Below are positions 26,701 to 39,519 of a stretch of 64,000 bases of DNA, piece after piece. The translations under genes were made by a program, and so were the position numbers. The notes beneath the pieces are model-generated. The model was not told where the DNA came from. It did not search any database and worked only from the letters and a program-made list of their open reading frames with translations. The stretch is from Squalus acanthias. Its lineage: Eukaryota. Position 1 is the stretch's first letter, and the number at the start of each line of letters is the position of its first letter. The stretch covers positions 186,001 to 250,000 of the forward strand of contig JASTWF010000070.1 of the NCBI GenBank assembly GCA_030390025.1, read 5' to 3'.

Positions 26701-27984
26701 TGTGTAAACCATTTACAATATTGTTGGGCAGAGTCCCTACATTAATTCCCAGCCCGTGTACAATGTCCTCTCTTTATTCAGTGAGCTCTTCAATACCCGG
26801 TAACAGACCCGGCTCAATTATCATCGCCGCAACATTTAACGCCGATCAGTTTCTAACACGCAATTCTAAAAATATATGAATTGTAAAAAAAACTTCCGGA
26901 CTCTTATAGAATGATACAGCACAGAAGGAGGCCATTCGGCCCATCGTGTCTGTGGCGGCTCTTTGAATGGGCTGAATCAGTTTGAGATATCAGAACCTAT
27001 GTGGACTCTCGGTGAGAAGCCGGTCAAAGCTCCGTGAATTCACCACTTTAAAGTTAACACTGACCGCATTTTAAGGCAATCAAACGCTTTATTATATTCA
27101 AGTAAAAAGGAAAAAACTGCAATTATAGAAAATTTTATAAAAACAGAAAATGCTGGAAATACACGGTCAGTATCTGTAACGGGAACAGACAGTTCCGGGG
27201 GTGTAACCTACACCTGAACTGGCCAGTTACTGATCTTCGCGGCTCACAGATGTTGACTGACCCGGTCTGTATTTCCAGCATTTTCTATTATTATTTAACA
27301 AAGAGAGAGAAAGAAGAAAACGAAGAAGGGACGAAAGAAAGAATGAAAGAGAGAAAGAAAAAAAAAGGAAAGAAGGAAAGAAACAAAGAAAGAGAGAATT
27401 TGCTTTAAAAAATCTCCTTTCACGACCTCAGGATGTCCTAAAGCGCTTTACAGCCAATGATGAACTCTTGAACCAAGTGACTTTTGTAATGTGGGCAAAA
27501 AAATTGGAAAAGTAGCGGATCTCCTGTATTAATCAGTAATTTATTTTAAAGTGAATGTTGTTCGGGGGTTCTTTGGCGTCTTTGATTTCAGATCAGAGCG
27601 TCCCACTGCTGACGGATTCCATAAACTAATGAATTTTCTCTCCCCCCACACACAGGCAGCGAGGATCGAAGCCCCTCGGTTCTTCTCCTCCCTCCCTCCT
27701 CGGAAGAAATCGGCTCGGGCTCGGCCACTCTGTCTTGCCTGGTCACTCGCTTTAAGCCGGGCTTGGTGCGGCTCCGCTGGAGCGTGGATGGCAAAGAGAC
27801 AGACAGCGGGGTGACGACTGGCGCCGTGTACCCGGACAGCGATCAAACCTACAGCCTGAGCAGTTACCTGAGAGTCCCCGCCGCCGCCTGGAACAAGGGC
27901 TCCAGCTATTCCTGCAACGTCAGGCACGGCGCCCTGAGCTCGCCTCTTCTCAAGACCATCAGCGCCTCCTCGTGTTCCGACTGA
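23768..27984 (+). CDS. Intact germline-joined Ig light chain, sigma-cart/type I (NS5-like), cluster 3; exons 23768-23816 (L), 23967-24320 (VJ), 27656-27984 (C)
   Basis: MAPAMHLLWALLIHLT|DVLAAPVLNQSPISDPVSA...C...WYRQRPGEAP...YYCSVWDSEYSFGPGTALSIK|SSEDRSPSVLLLPPS...SSCSD*; GT/AG phase-1 introns; AATAAA 28289-28294; resembles shark type I light chains as recalled. Confidence 0.92.
23967..24320 (+). CDS. Germline-joined VJ exon of the sigma-cart light chain
   Basis: V-set Cys/Trp/YYC and J motif FGPGT in one exon, no RSS, AAGA|gtaagt donor. Confidence 0.93.
26040..26380 (+). mobile_element. Penelope-like fragment nested in a CR1 3' fragment in the J-C intron
   Basis: Interrupts ...gacacagaga|...|gtgttcccacttg of the CR1 tail; carries a degenerate CTGACGA...GAAA motif at about 26248-26275. 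Confidence 0.55.
27656..27984 (+). CDS. Sigma-cart light-chain C1 exon (cluster 3)
   Basis: Same 329-nt length and near identity to 10213-10541; intact ORF. Confidence 0.93.
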
Positions 27985-30900
27985 GGCGGTGCGAGTTGGC
28001 AGCGGATTTTTGCTAGTGTTGAAAGTCATGAAAGAGATCACTCGATGTGTGCAATCAGCCTTTTTATGCAATGTAATCGCTGTAGCAATGTCAATTTTTG
28101 GCAAACAACCCGAATGTTATATAATATTAGAAGGGAACGAAATGATTGTCCAGCTTTGTGAGATGGAACTTTCTGTACAATTGTACGCAATATCTTGTGT
28201 GTAAAATTTCGCTGTGTGTAGAATGGGAACAGATTTCCCTTTATTCGGTGACCATATTGTGATTGGGAACTTGTGTAACACAGCTCTTAATAAACATGAA
28301 ATGCTGCCACGAGCTCAAAGTGGTCCGTCTTTACTCAGCACATAAAGGGACATTGAGTGGATTACATAGAATGTACAGCACAAACAGGCCATTCAGCCAA
28401 ACTGGCCCATGCCAGTGTTTATGCTCCACTCGAGCCTCCTCCCATCCTTGCTCATCTAACTCTATCAGCATAAACCTCTATTCCCTTCTCCCTCATGTGT
28501 TTATCTAGCTTCCCCTTAAATGCATCTATACTGTTCGCCTCAACCACTCCCTGTGGTAGCGAGTTCCACATTCTCACCATTCTCTGGGTAAATAAGTTTC
28601 TCCTGAATTCGCCATTGGATTTATTAGTGACTATCTTATATTGATGGCCCCTAGTTCTGGGTCTTCCCAACAAGTGGAAGCATCTTCTCTACGTCTACCC
28701 TATCAAACCCTTTCATAATCTTTAAGACCTCTATCAGGTTACCCCCAGCCTTCTCTTTTCGATACAAAAGAGCTCCAGCCTTTTCAATCTTTCCTGATAT
28801 TTATAACCTCTCAGTTCTGTATCATCCTTGTAAATCTTTTATTGCACCTTCTCTAGTGCCAGATTCGGGGGGCACAGAGTGCTGGGGGTAGATAGTGATG
28901 GAGGGGGGTTACAGAGAAAGGGAATGGCGAAGCTATGAACGGATTTGAACAAGGAGATGTCAATATTAAATTGGGGGCCTTGGGGGATGAGGAGTCCCTG
29001 CAGTTCAGCAAAACCGTGGATGGTGAGTGAGTGGAACTTGTGGGGGATGGGCTACGGGCGGAAGAGATTTGGATGAGCTCAAGACTACCAAGAGTCTTAG
29101 GTAGGGGTACCGCGAGCATTGGACAAGTCATGTTAGGAGGTAACAAAGGCTTGGATGAGGGTTTAACGGCAGGTGGACTAAGGTAGCGGGGAAGGCAGGA
29201 AAGGTTAGCGAGTTGAATGTAGGTGACCTTTGAGGCGGACAGGTCATGGGCCGAGAAACTCAGATATGAGTGGAATAGGGCCCTGAGATTGCGAACAGTC
29301 TGGGTCGAGGGTGGCGAGTCTGTGGCGAGAGAGAGAGTGCTCTCCCGGGGAAAAGATTCCCTAGTATTAAAGTTCCAAAACACTACATGGAGACCACATT
29401 CAAGTACAGGTGACCAGCTCTGCCACCTCGCTTTCAGATGTTGTCAGCTTCAGCCAGATGTGATCTGGAGCCAGCAGAGCGGGGTCATCCTGGCATTTCC
29501 CAGCTACACACGGTTTGGCGCTATTTTAATTCAGTCTGGGGGAGAGCTCAGTATAGGCGTTACTAATCGGTACCCCTCCCACCTCACCCCTCCCACCGGT
29601 ACATGCACAGTTACGGTCAGTGAGATAATCCACACGACAGACGGTAACAGTGCTACATAAGAGATTGCCTCAGAATCAACACAACCCATAGTTCAGGCAG
29701 AGAGTCGTGCATCTTATTTTCCCAGTTCGGATCACAGGAACAGGAAGAGACCATTCAGCCACTGGAGCCTGTTACACAGGAACAGGAACAGGCCATTCAG
29801 CCCCTCGAGCCTGTTACATAGGAACAGGAAGTGGCCATTCAGCCCTCGAACCTATTCCTCCATTCAATTAGATCATGGCTGATCTGTATCTTAACTCCAT
29901 CTAATTGTCTTGGTTCCGTAACCCTTAATACCCTTACCCAACTAAAATCTATCAAATCTCAGTTTTGAAATTTCCAATTGACCCCCAGCCTCAACAGCTT
30001 TTTGGGGGAGAGAGTTCCCGATTTCCACTACCTATTGTGAGAAGAAGTGCTTTCTGACATCATCCCCGAACGGCCTGGCTCTAATTTTAAGGTGATGCCC
30101 CCTTGTTCTGGACACACCCCACCAGAGGAAATAGTTTCTCTCTCTCTACCCTGTCGAATCCTTCAATCATCTTAAGCAACTCAATTAGATCGCCCCTTAA
30201 TCTTCTATATTCAAGGGGATTCTAGCCTAGTCTGTGCAAATCTCACCCTTTTTGTCCGCAGTAGCGTTTGGTTTGGTCTCTTGTGCCGTTTAGTGTATTT
30301 GCTTCCATATGCTCAACAGTGAGTGATTTTACTCCAATCTCTCCAGATTTCTCCAGTCTTTAATGCTAATTCCATCTCCTGAAGGTTTGTGACTCTACTC
30401 TGAGGCTGGCCTCGGGCTGGGATATCTCCCACATGTTATGGGGCGCTTCTATACTCAAAAGTTAGGCAGACTACAAATCAGTTTCCATCTCGCAGTAACG
30501 TGTAATACTAATCGGGAATTCTGGCCGAACCGGACCCCTGAGAGGAGTGCTGTTTTGCCGGACTGGGAGCCAATGTAGGTCAGCGAGCACAGGGGGTGAT
30601 GTGTGAACGGGACTTGGTGCGAGTTGGGACACAGACCAGCAGAGTTTACACCCCTGATTATTCTCCTTTACAGAGACTGGGATAGCAGCATCCCAGAATC
30701 AAATTTACTCCGAACGACCGCTCTACCACTACGGGCTCCACTGAAGTCGTGAATTGATTGTGCATTGTGGGTATCATTGTCCATTGAACATTGCAATATA
30801 TCTGGGAGTCACAGGAAGGAAGTGGTGCTCACGCTGCTTCCAAACCTCAGCTCTGAAGTGTGAAAAGGAGTCGCCAGGGGGTGACAGAGAAACGCCATCA

Positions 30901-32431
30901 GACACACACACCCTGATCACATGTTGGCTCCAGGGGGCGTTTGGTTAAATGAACGACCCCATTCAGGTTTAAGTTTCAGCCATATAAAAATTGAAACATT
31001 AATCTATTTTGAGACTAATTGATTGTAAATAGCTAATGAGTCGATGGGATGTCAGAGCGATACAATGAATGTTGTTTCACATTGTTATTATGAAATATTC
31101 AAGTACACTGATGGTGGGAGTTTGTGAATTATTGCGTGGTACATAAGATCATAAGAAATACGAGCAAGAGTAGGTCAGTCCGCCCTTTGAGCCTGCTCCG
31201 CCATTCAATAAGATCATGGCTAATCTTCTACCTCATCTCCACTTTCCTGAACTATCCCCATATTCCTTGATCCCCTTAATATTCACAAATCTGTCGATCT
31301 CTATCTTGAATATACTCAACGACCGAGCCTCCACAGCCCTCTGGGGTAGAGAATTCCAAAGATTCACCACTCTCTGAGTGAAGAAATTTCTCCTCATCTC
31401 AGTCCTAAATGGCCGACCCCTTATTCTGAGACTGTGATCCCTGGTTCTAGACTCCCCAGCCAAGAGGTATACACTCTTACTGCTATTTTCTGGCATAAGT
31501 TGTTCTTTAAAAAAATATATCGATACAAAGATTAAAGTCAGGAACAGGAGGAGGCCATTCAGCCCCTCGAGCTTGTCTCACAACCCAATGAGATCATGGC
31601 TGATCTGCATCTGAACTCCATTTAACCGCCTTGGTTCTGTGACCCTGAATACCCTCACCCAACAAAAATCTATCGATCTCAGTTTTGAAATTTGCAATTG
31701 ATTCCCAGCCTCAACAGCTTTTTGGGGGAGAGAGTTCCAGATTTTCACTACCCTTTGTGTGAAGAAGTGCTTCCTGAACGGCCTGACTCTAACTTAATTA
31801 ACAAACTGTCCATTCGTTGTAATTATATAGAACCTGAATGCAGAAACCCTCTTGCTGCTCATTTTACATGTACAGAATTCAAAGGGAGCGACCCCTCCCC
31901 GCATTCACTCCTATTACAAGGAACTCCGATGGACGCAAGTCTTTTTAATTGATTGCTTTTGTATGCAATGGGAAAAACTATCAGTTAATTCTCATTTTGC
32001 ACAATTCCAGTGGCTGAACCCTTTCCAATTCATCCCATTCGAAGGAGGATGATCATTAACTACCTATGTGCAAAATACCAAAGGGTCAAACCTCAAAATT
32101 GTTTGATACACCAAATATAATATTGTCAACTTTGCTTCAATCTTTATCAAAGTTAAGGTATTCTATAGTAATGCAGTGTTTGATTGCTCAGACACAGTAT
32201 CTGATATAACAAGAAAGTGTTGCAAAACATTGAATGCAATCAAGCTCCCACAAACAGCAGTGTGATAATCATCAGGACATCTCTTTTATTGATGTTGACT
32301 GAGGTATAAATGTTGGCCCAGGACACCGAGGATAACTCCCCTGCTCTTCTTCCAATAGTGGCCCTGGGATCTTTCACAGTTACCTGAGAGAGAAGACGGG
32401 GCCTCGGTTTAACGTTGCATCCAAAAGTCGA

Positions 32432-32761
32432 CCCCTCCAACAGTACCGCGCCTCCTCAGTATTGCTCCTCCGACAGTGCAGCGCTCCCACAGTACTGCTC
32501 CTCCGAAAGTGTGGTGCTCCCTCAGTACTGCCCCTCCGACAGTGCGGCGCTCCCTCAGTTCTGCCCGTCCGACGGTGCGGCGTACTCTCAGTACTACCCC
32601 TCCGACAGTGCGGCGCTCCCTCAGTACCGCCCCTCCGACAGGGCGGCACTCCCTCAGTACCGCCCCTCCGACAGTGCAGCGCTCCCTCAGTACTGCCCCT
32701 CCGACAGTGCGGCGCTCCCTCAGTACTGCCCCTCCGACAGTGCAGCACTCCCTCAGTACCG
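32432..32761. repeat. 33-bp minisatellite (about 10 units) inside a SINE
   Basis: Tandem CCCCTCCGACAGTGCRGCGCTCCCTCAGTACTG units with no spacers. Confidence 0.9.
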
Positions 32762-33390
32762 CACTGGGAGTGTCGGCTTGGATTATGTGTTGAAGTCTCT
32801 GGGGTGGGACCTGAACAAATGTCTGACCTTCTGCCTCAGAGCGAGAGTGCTACCCACTGAGCCACGGCTGACACAGGATGAGTAACAGAATCAATTCCTG
32901 CAACAAAGACACAGGCGGCATTCAGATACTGGGTGAAACAGTTAAAGAAAGAAAGACTGTCACCTATTATAGCACGTCCCAATACTGGCACTGGCGTGTC
33001 GGCATAGATTTTTGTGCTCAAGTTTTTGGACTGGAATCATGAACCCACGACCTTCTGACTCGAAGGCGAGAGTGCTGCCCACTGAGCCGCGGCTGGTATT
33101 ATAACAGATGATTGCACCTTTCTTCAATCTGGTCTATTTGTGTTGGTACAAGTAAGGGTGTATGAATGAATGCGTTCTGGACCAATAAAAAGCAACACTC
33201 GGAATAGAATCATATCCTCGCGCCCACAAGAATGACACAACCAATCCGGTGCATGCAATTCAGCACTGCCTGCCTTCAGTTCACAGTTTAATCAGCCTGC
33301 ACTGCTCGCCGCCTTTCACGCCTGTTTAACACGAGCTGGAATGCATTGCCCTTTGCAGGCAGACCTGTGCGTGGGCGTTTAATGTGTCAA

Positions 33391-33402
33391 CAGGAAACCG
33401 CA
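33391..33402 (+). promoter_or_regulatory. ETS-RUNX composite motif in the R1 promoter
   Basis: CAGGAAACCGCA about 170 nt upstream of the ATG; homologous CAGGAAAACCACA at 49908-49920. Confidence 0.55.
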
Positions 33403-33570
33403 GCGAGCCTTGACATTGCGCTGTATTTTCCGGCCTTACTATTTTTAAAACGCAAGCACGCAATTTCCGCAGCTCTGCCTTTCACATCTCTTGCGAGCCG
33501 GGCCCAGCGCAAAGATATCCCAGCAAAGTGTTCAGTGTGCAGCTCACAGCAAGCGTCTCGGTCGCAGACA

Positions 33571-36500
33571 ATGAGCTTCTTAACTCCCTGCGCGCTGTTC
33601 CATCTCTTTCCAGGTCAGTCTTATGTGCTTCTAATACATGGCGGAGTTCAAGCGTAAGATCATTGAGCTAGTCAGACAAGTAGAAGAGAGCGCGCTGTAT
33701 TCTGTAATATTAGTGTCATGTTGATGGACTGGATTATCTCAGGCGAATGAAATTAGACCAAATGTCAATATTTTCCATCTATTGGATGTCCCGTCTGCCC
33801 TCTCAGGTGGAGGGAAAGATCCCACGGCCACTATTGGAAGGAGAGCAGGGGAGTTCTCCCCGGTATCCTGGGGCCAATATTATATCCCTCAATCAACATC
33901 ACAGATTACCTGGTCATTATCATATTGCTGTTTGTGGGAGCTTGCTGTGCGCAATTTGGCTGCCGCGTTTCTTACATTCCAGCAGTGACTACACTGCAAA
34001 AGGTAATTCATTGGCTGTAAAGATCTTTCTTCCTTTCTTTCTTTCTTTCTTTCTTCCTTTCATTCTTTCTCCTGTTATAGACTCAATTTTAACCCCCATC
34101 AGTTGACTCATTTAGATATTGGTATCCATGCTCATTAATGATCGGATGGTCCTATTCACAGTTTACTGCTGTACCCGTTTCTTTATAGGAAGCGGTGTTT
34201 TTTTCTGCCGTGTAACAGACCCTCTTGTGAATATGTTGTTCTCTCAGTTATTGTCTCTCAGGAAGTTTTCCGCCAGAATCCGCCGTTTCTGACTGTCTCC
34301 GTTGGAAGTATCTTTAAGGTGGATTGTCACACGGGTTGGTTAGCAGTAGAAGCTGTGCACTGGTACAAGCGGCAGCACCGAGAGCATCTACAGCTAGTTT
34401 ACACCGTGGGAAAGTACATGCCTCCTGAAGGAAGATTTTCCGGAGAAGTTAACAACGAATCCAGTATTTACTCTCTGATTGTGAAAGATGTCCAGAGGAA
34501 TGATTCGGGGGTGTATTACTGCGCAGCTAAGAAGTATAGCCTAATGCCCTTGATATTCGGAAACGGCTCGAAATTGCTCATTGCAGGTAAGAATTGCGAT
34601 TGTTTTACTCATTTCATCATAAATAACGACCAATTTACGTCGAATATTAATGGTATCTTAACCCCCCAAACTCGCCAGGGTCTCCGGAAATCTTTCTCTT
34701 AGCTCCACCGCCGGATGAAATTCCCTCGCTGGAAAGGGTCCCATTGATGTGTTTGGTGAAAAGCATGTCTCCCGATTCCCTTCCCGTTCGCTGGAATGTT
34801 TCTGGACAGGTTACCGAGGAACCGAGCGATTCCGGGACAATAGACCCGGACGGGACCTACACTGTAAGGAGTCACATCAGCGTCTCGGCGGAAACTTGGA
34901 GCAGCGGCGCTGTCTGTACTTGCGCCGTTCCAATCAACTCCACTGGGGATCTGATTAGTGAAAGTGTCTCATCTCAGAGATGTAACTATTGGCAGTGACA
35001 CTTTCCTAATATCTTCCGTGCTGATGTAAGAGTTAATTGTTCGCAATATCACTTTATACATTCAAAGTCTCTCCCTTTCTGCGTGTCCATGTAGAATTAC
35101 CCAATCATTTACCCCTCTCAATGTTGCAGTGTTGAGCTTTCTGAATTATAAAGTCCATCTGTCTAGCTAGGCCATACTTATATGGTGGGAGAGAAGGAAT
35201 CTATCTGAGCTGTCCATGCGTAAAATTGGAAAATATAATTGCCATTTCCAGTTTATCACTTTCTCTCTCGATGCCTGTATGTAGGTATCTGTATTACACA
35301 GTATGTACAGGTCATTCGGCCCAACAGGTCCGTGCCGGTGTTCATGCTCCACACGAGTCCCCTCCCATCCCACTTCATTATAAACCCATCAATATCCATC
35401 TATTCATTTCTCCCTCATGTGTTTATCCAGCTTCCCCTTAAATGCATCTGTGCTATTCGCCTCAACCACTCTCTGTGGTAGCGAGTTCCACATTCTCACC
35501 GCTCTCTGGGTAAAGAAGTTTCTCCTGAATTCCCAATTGGTTTTAATAGTAACTATCTTTTATTTGTGGCGCCTAGTTCTGATCCCAAGCGCCCCCCCGC
35601 CGCCACAAATGGAACGATCTTCTCTACGTCGACCCTATCAAAGGTTTTGACAGAGTAGATAGAGAGAGAATGTTTCCACTTGTGGGGTAGAGCACAACTA
35701 GAGGCCATCAATATAAGATAGTCACCAAGTAATTCAATAGGGAAGTCAGGACAAAACTTTTTACCCGGAGAGTGGTGAGAATGTGGAACTCGCTACCACA
35801 GGGAGTGGTTGAAGCGAATAGTATAGATGCATTTGAAGGGGGAGGCTGGACAAGCATGTGAGGGAGTCGGGAATAGAGGGATAAGCTGTTTGATTTAGAT
35901 GAGGAAAGACGGGAGGAGGCTCGAGTGGAGCATAAACGCCTGGAATGGATTGGTTGGGCCGAATGGCCTGTTTCTGTGCCGTATATCCCATGTAATCCTA
36001 TGCAAACCCTTTCATAATCTAAAGTCCTCTATCAGGTCACCTCTCAGTCTTCACTTTTGTCGAGAAAGGAACCCAGCCTGTTCAATCTTTCCTGATAGGC
36101 ATAACGTCTCAATTCTGGTATCATCCTAGTAAATCTTTTTGTATCTTCTCCAGTGTCTCTATATCCTCTTTATAATATGGAACCCAGAAATGTTCTCAGT
36201 ATTCCAAGTGTGGTCCAACCAAGGTTCTACAGAAATCTAACATAACTTCTCTGCTTTTCAATTCTATCCCTCTAGAAATGAACCCCAGTTCTTGGTTTGC
36301 TTTTATGGCCTTATTAACCTGCGTCGCTACTTTTAGTGATTTGTGTATCTGTACCTCCAGATCCCACTGCTCCTCTGCTCCATTTAGACACTTATTTTCC
36401 AAGGAGTATGTGACCTTCTTATTCTTCCGACCCAAACGGTTTCTATCTAACGTTTCATCTAAGAGAGGAGAAAGGTGTCACTTGGGCTACCATATACCAG

Positions 36501-38532
36501 ATGAGTTGCGGACAAACACTTAGAATCCGTATTTTGAACTGACTGTGGTGAGCATTTATAAATGTCTGGGCTAGTTAAGGACAACCAGCAGCGATTTGTG
36601 AAAGTGGAGTCGTGTTTAACAAAATTAAAAGAGCTTTTGCGGAAGGGACCGATTGGATAGTTAAAGGGATTGCAGTAGATGTAACGTGTATGGAATTCCA
36701 GAAGGCGTTTGATAAAGTGTCGCACAAGAGGGCTTTTGGGAAACAATTTAGAGGTTTGGTGTGAAGGAGATGTGGCAGCCTGGATGGAAAGTTAGATGAC
36801 ATTCAAGACATAAGGAGATAGGGTTAATGGGTATTCCTCGGATTGGCGAAGGATTGGAAGTGGTGCATCCCATGGGACAGAGTGGGCTTTGGGATTAGTT
36901 TTGGATTGATACAGGAATATGGAGAGAGAGCCGGGTAATGGGATTAGTTTTGGATCCATCTAGCAAAGAGCCGGCACAAACATGGAGGGCCTTTTAGTCT
37001 CCTTCTGTGCCCTACCCTTCGATAGGTTCACGGTTATATAGTTCTGTCTGTCTATTTGTCTNNNNNNNNNNNNNNNNNNNNNNNNNNNNNNNNNNNNNNN
37101 NNNNNNNNNNNNNNNNNNNNNNNNNNNNNNNNNNNNNNNNNNNNNNNNNNNNNNNNNNNNNNNNNNNNNNNNNNNNNNNNNNNNNNNNNNNNNNNNNNNN
37201 NNNNNNNNNNNNNNNNNNNNNNNNNNNNNNNNNNNNNNNNNNNNNNNNNNNNNNNNNNNNNNNNNNNNNNNNNNNNNNNNNNNNNNNNNNNNNNNNNNNN
37301 NNNNNNNNNNNNNNNNNNNNNNNNNNNNNNNNNNNNNNNNNNNNNNNNNNNNNNNNNNNNNNNNNNNNNNNNNNNNCTAATGATTTTCAGCAACATTTTT
37401 AATTTGTTCTCGTGATGTGGGTGACGCGGGCAAATCTAGCATTGATTGTCCATCCCTCGTGGTTGAGAAGGTGGTGGTGGGTCTCCTTGAACCTTCTGCG
37501 AGAACCAGAAGGCTCGGGTAACGGGATTGTTTTAAATAAAAGGTTGTTTTTTTCTTTCTTCAGAGCCCCCGCTACAAACCAGCTGCACTTTACTGCTTTA
37601 CGGGAGGTCGTCGGCGGCGCTTCTCCTTCTGCTGATGGTTGTTGTCGCCGCGGGAAGGAGCTGCAGGAACCGGCGGTCAGGTAGCGGTTGTCGGGAGGCG
37701 CTCCAACTCCACGGCGCTCCCAATCAATCCATTTATTGTGTCGTTTGCTCATTACATGTTAGTGGACCGGTTCAGTGTGAAATGTGTGCATTTTTGCTCC
37801 ACACATGGAGCTTCCTTTCTTTGTTTTTTAATCCAACGTTTAAGATTCATACTTGATTCTGTGAAACTTTGCATAGTGAACATTACTGGATAGACTGATT
37901 GTTTGTAAAACTGCGAAAGTAGATTAAAAGCGTAGATCTGGATATTTTAAGTTTGTAATTATAAATAATAACAGAATGATGATTCACCAGGATGATACCG
38001 GGGCTAAAAGGGTTAAATTATGAGGACAGGTTGTACAGACTCGAGCTTGTATTCCCTTGTGTATTGAACATTCAGGGGTGATCTAATTGAGGTGTTTAAG
38101 ATGATTGAAGGATTTCATCGGGTAGGTAGAGAGAAAGTATTTCCTCTGGTGGGGGATTCAAGAACAAGGGGGCATGACCTTAAAGTTAGAGCCAGGCCGT
38201 TCAGGGGTGATGTCAGGAAGCACTTCTGCACACAAAGAGTAGTGGAAATCTGGAACTCTCTCGCCAAGAAGATGTTGAGGCTGGGGGTGTCAATTGGAAA
38301 TTTCAAAACTGATATTGATAGATCCTTGTTGGGTAAGGGTATTAAGGGTTAGGCAACCAAGGCGTGTAGATGGAGTTAAGATACAGATCAGCCATGATCT
38401 GACTGAATGTCGGAACAGGCTCGAGGGGCTGAACAGCCTCCTCCTGTCCCTCTGTTCCTATGATGATGATGTGGGCTATGATAATGGTTTCTGTTTTCTC
38501 TCATAGACTCTTTACGCCCACCTGGCGTTTAA
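33571..38532 (+). CDS. R1: non-rearranging VJ-C1-TM IgSF receptor, activating type (TM Arg); exons 33571-33613, 34248-34586, 34679-34981, 37564-37680, 38507-38532; may be defective or secreted
   Basis: Leader MSFLTPCALFHLFP; V ...VDC...HWYKR...YYCAAKKYSLMPLIFGNGSKLLIA; 92-nt intron; C1 ...LMCLV...WNVSG...GTYTVRSHI...VCTC; TM exon PPLQTSCTLLLYGRSSAALLLLLMVVVAAGRSCRNRRS; tail DSLRPPGV*; AATAAA 39128-39133. A direct C-to-TM splice would create TAG, and a gap lies in this intron. Confidence 0.75.
34248..34586 (+). CDS. R1 VJ exon (V-set with in-exon J motif FGNGSKL)
   Basis: ctctcag acceptor, GCAG|gtaag donor, canonical Cys, Trp and DSGVYYC. Confidence 0.9.
34679..34981 (+). CDS. R1 C1-set exon
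   Basis: GSPEIFLLAPPPDEIPSLERVPLMCLVKSMSPDSLPVRWNV...DGTYTVRSHISVSAETWSSGAVCTCAV. Confidence 0.88.
37062..37376. other. Assembly gap (315 N)
   Basis: Run of N in the R1 C-TM intron. Confidence 1.
37564..37680 (+). CDS. R1 transmembrane exon with Arg
   Basis: Strong polypyrimidine/cag acceptor, 117 nt, phase 1-1, ends TCA G|gt like the R2 TM exon. Confidence 0.78.
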
Positions 38533-39519
38533 TGCGGTTCCGACCCTCTGACGGGAAAGGAAAGCGAGCGCCTGCCGGATATGACGTGTTGTGGAAAGTT
38601 CCCTCTGCTTTGCTCTCACTGTGGGATCAGTAAGACACGCTCAGTAACAATTCAAGCCACCTGTTCCTCAATTGTGTGCCGCTTCCGCGTGCTTTTGGGA
38701 TCCATTGACAGGAAATTGGCAAGCTCATTCAGAAGAAGAACCAGCGCAGTAGAGCCCTGAGGTGTAAACCCTTCCGAGAGACTTTGATACGCCGGGTTCA
38801 AGTCCCAAAGCACCACAGAAATCCGACTATTGGAAGCAGTGGCGTGCCGACTGGAGAGTCTTAACACCGAACATATCCGGCGCAATTTCAAGCGCATTTT
38901 GCAAATGGGATATTTCGCCCCAAGCGGAAATTCGAAACATATTTAAATTCTCTCTTACGCATCGTCTGCTATTCTTAAGATCACACATCGCCTGCAGTTT
39001 CGGTTCAATCTCGACATGTTTCTCCTCTCTTGCATTGGCGTTTTTAGATTAATTGTGAATCTTTGTATGTGAGCACGATATAATTCAAATAATCTTTACA
39101 ATGCATCAGTGTCCGAGTTACAAATACAATAAAACAGGTTTTGAAACCCCAGCATTGTGTTTTTGATTCCAGCCCTTTGATCGTTCAGTCCAGATGCGCT
39201 CAGTGTATCTCTGACGCCGATTTACAAGGCACATTTACAGAACAAATGTGTGCGGTTCAAAAGTGGGGCTCAGGACCGACTGGGCAGCTCAGGCACTGCC
39301 TCCGGATTTAGGCTGCATTGATATTAAAGCTGGATTGTAAGTGGACCCCGAGCGTTCTCTACTTCTGTCCTGGGAGTGAACTCTGTCACATTTACTATCG
39401 AAAGTAGATTATTTTAAATCCATCTGCTCTTTTTAATAATGCAGTTAAGTGATTTCGTCAGCAAATTTATGGTGGCTTTTACCCACTATTAGTTTCTATT
39501 AGTTCTTAGAAAATACGTT

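Noticed and set aside
32432-32761. CRISPR-like array or repeat-protein ORFs (also 43540-43930)
   Set aside because: Head-to-tail 33-bp units without unique spacers, inside a vertebrate SINE; the ORFs arise because the unit length is a multiple of 3.
37007-37415. ORFs spanning the N run
   Set aside because: Artefacts of the assembly gap.
37564-37684. Alternative frame RAPATNQLHFTAL... as a degenerate ITIM exon
   Set aside because: The phase-1 frame gives a hydrophobic TM ending at a GT donor equivalent to that of R2, a much better fit.
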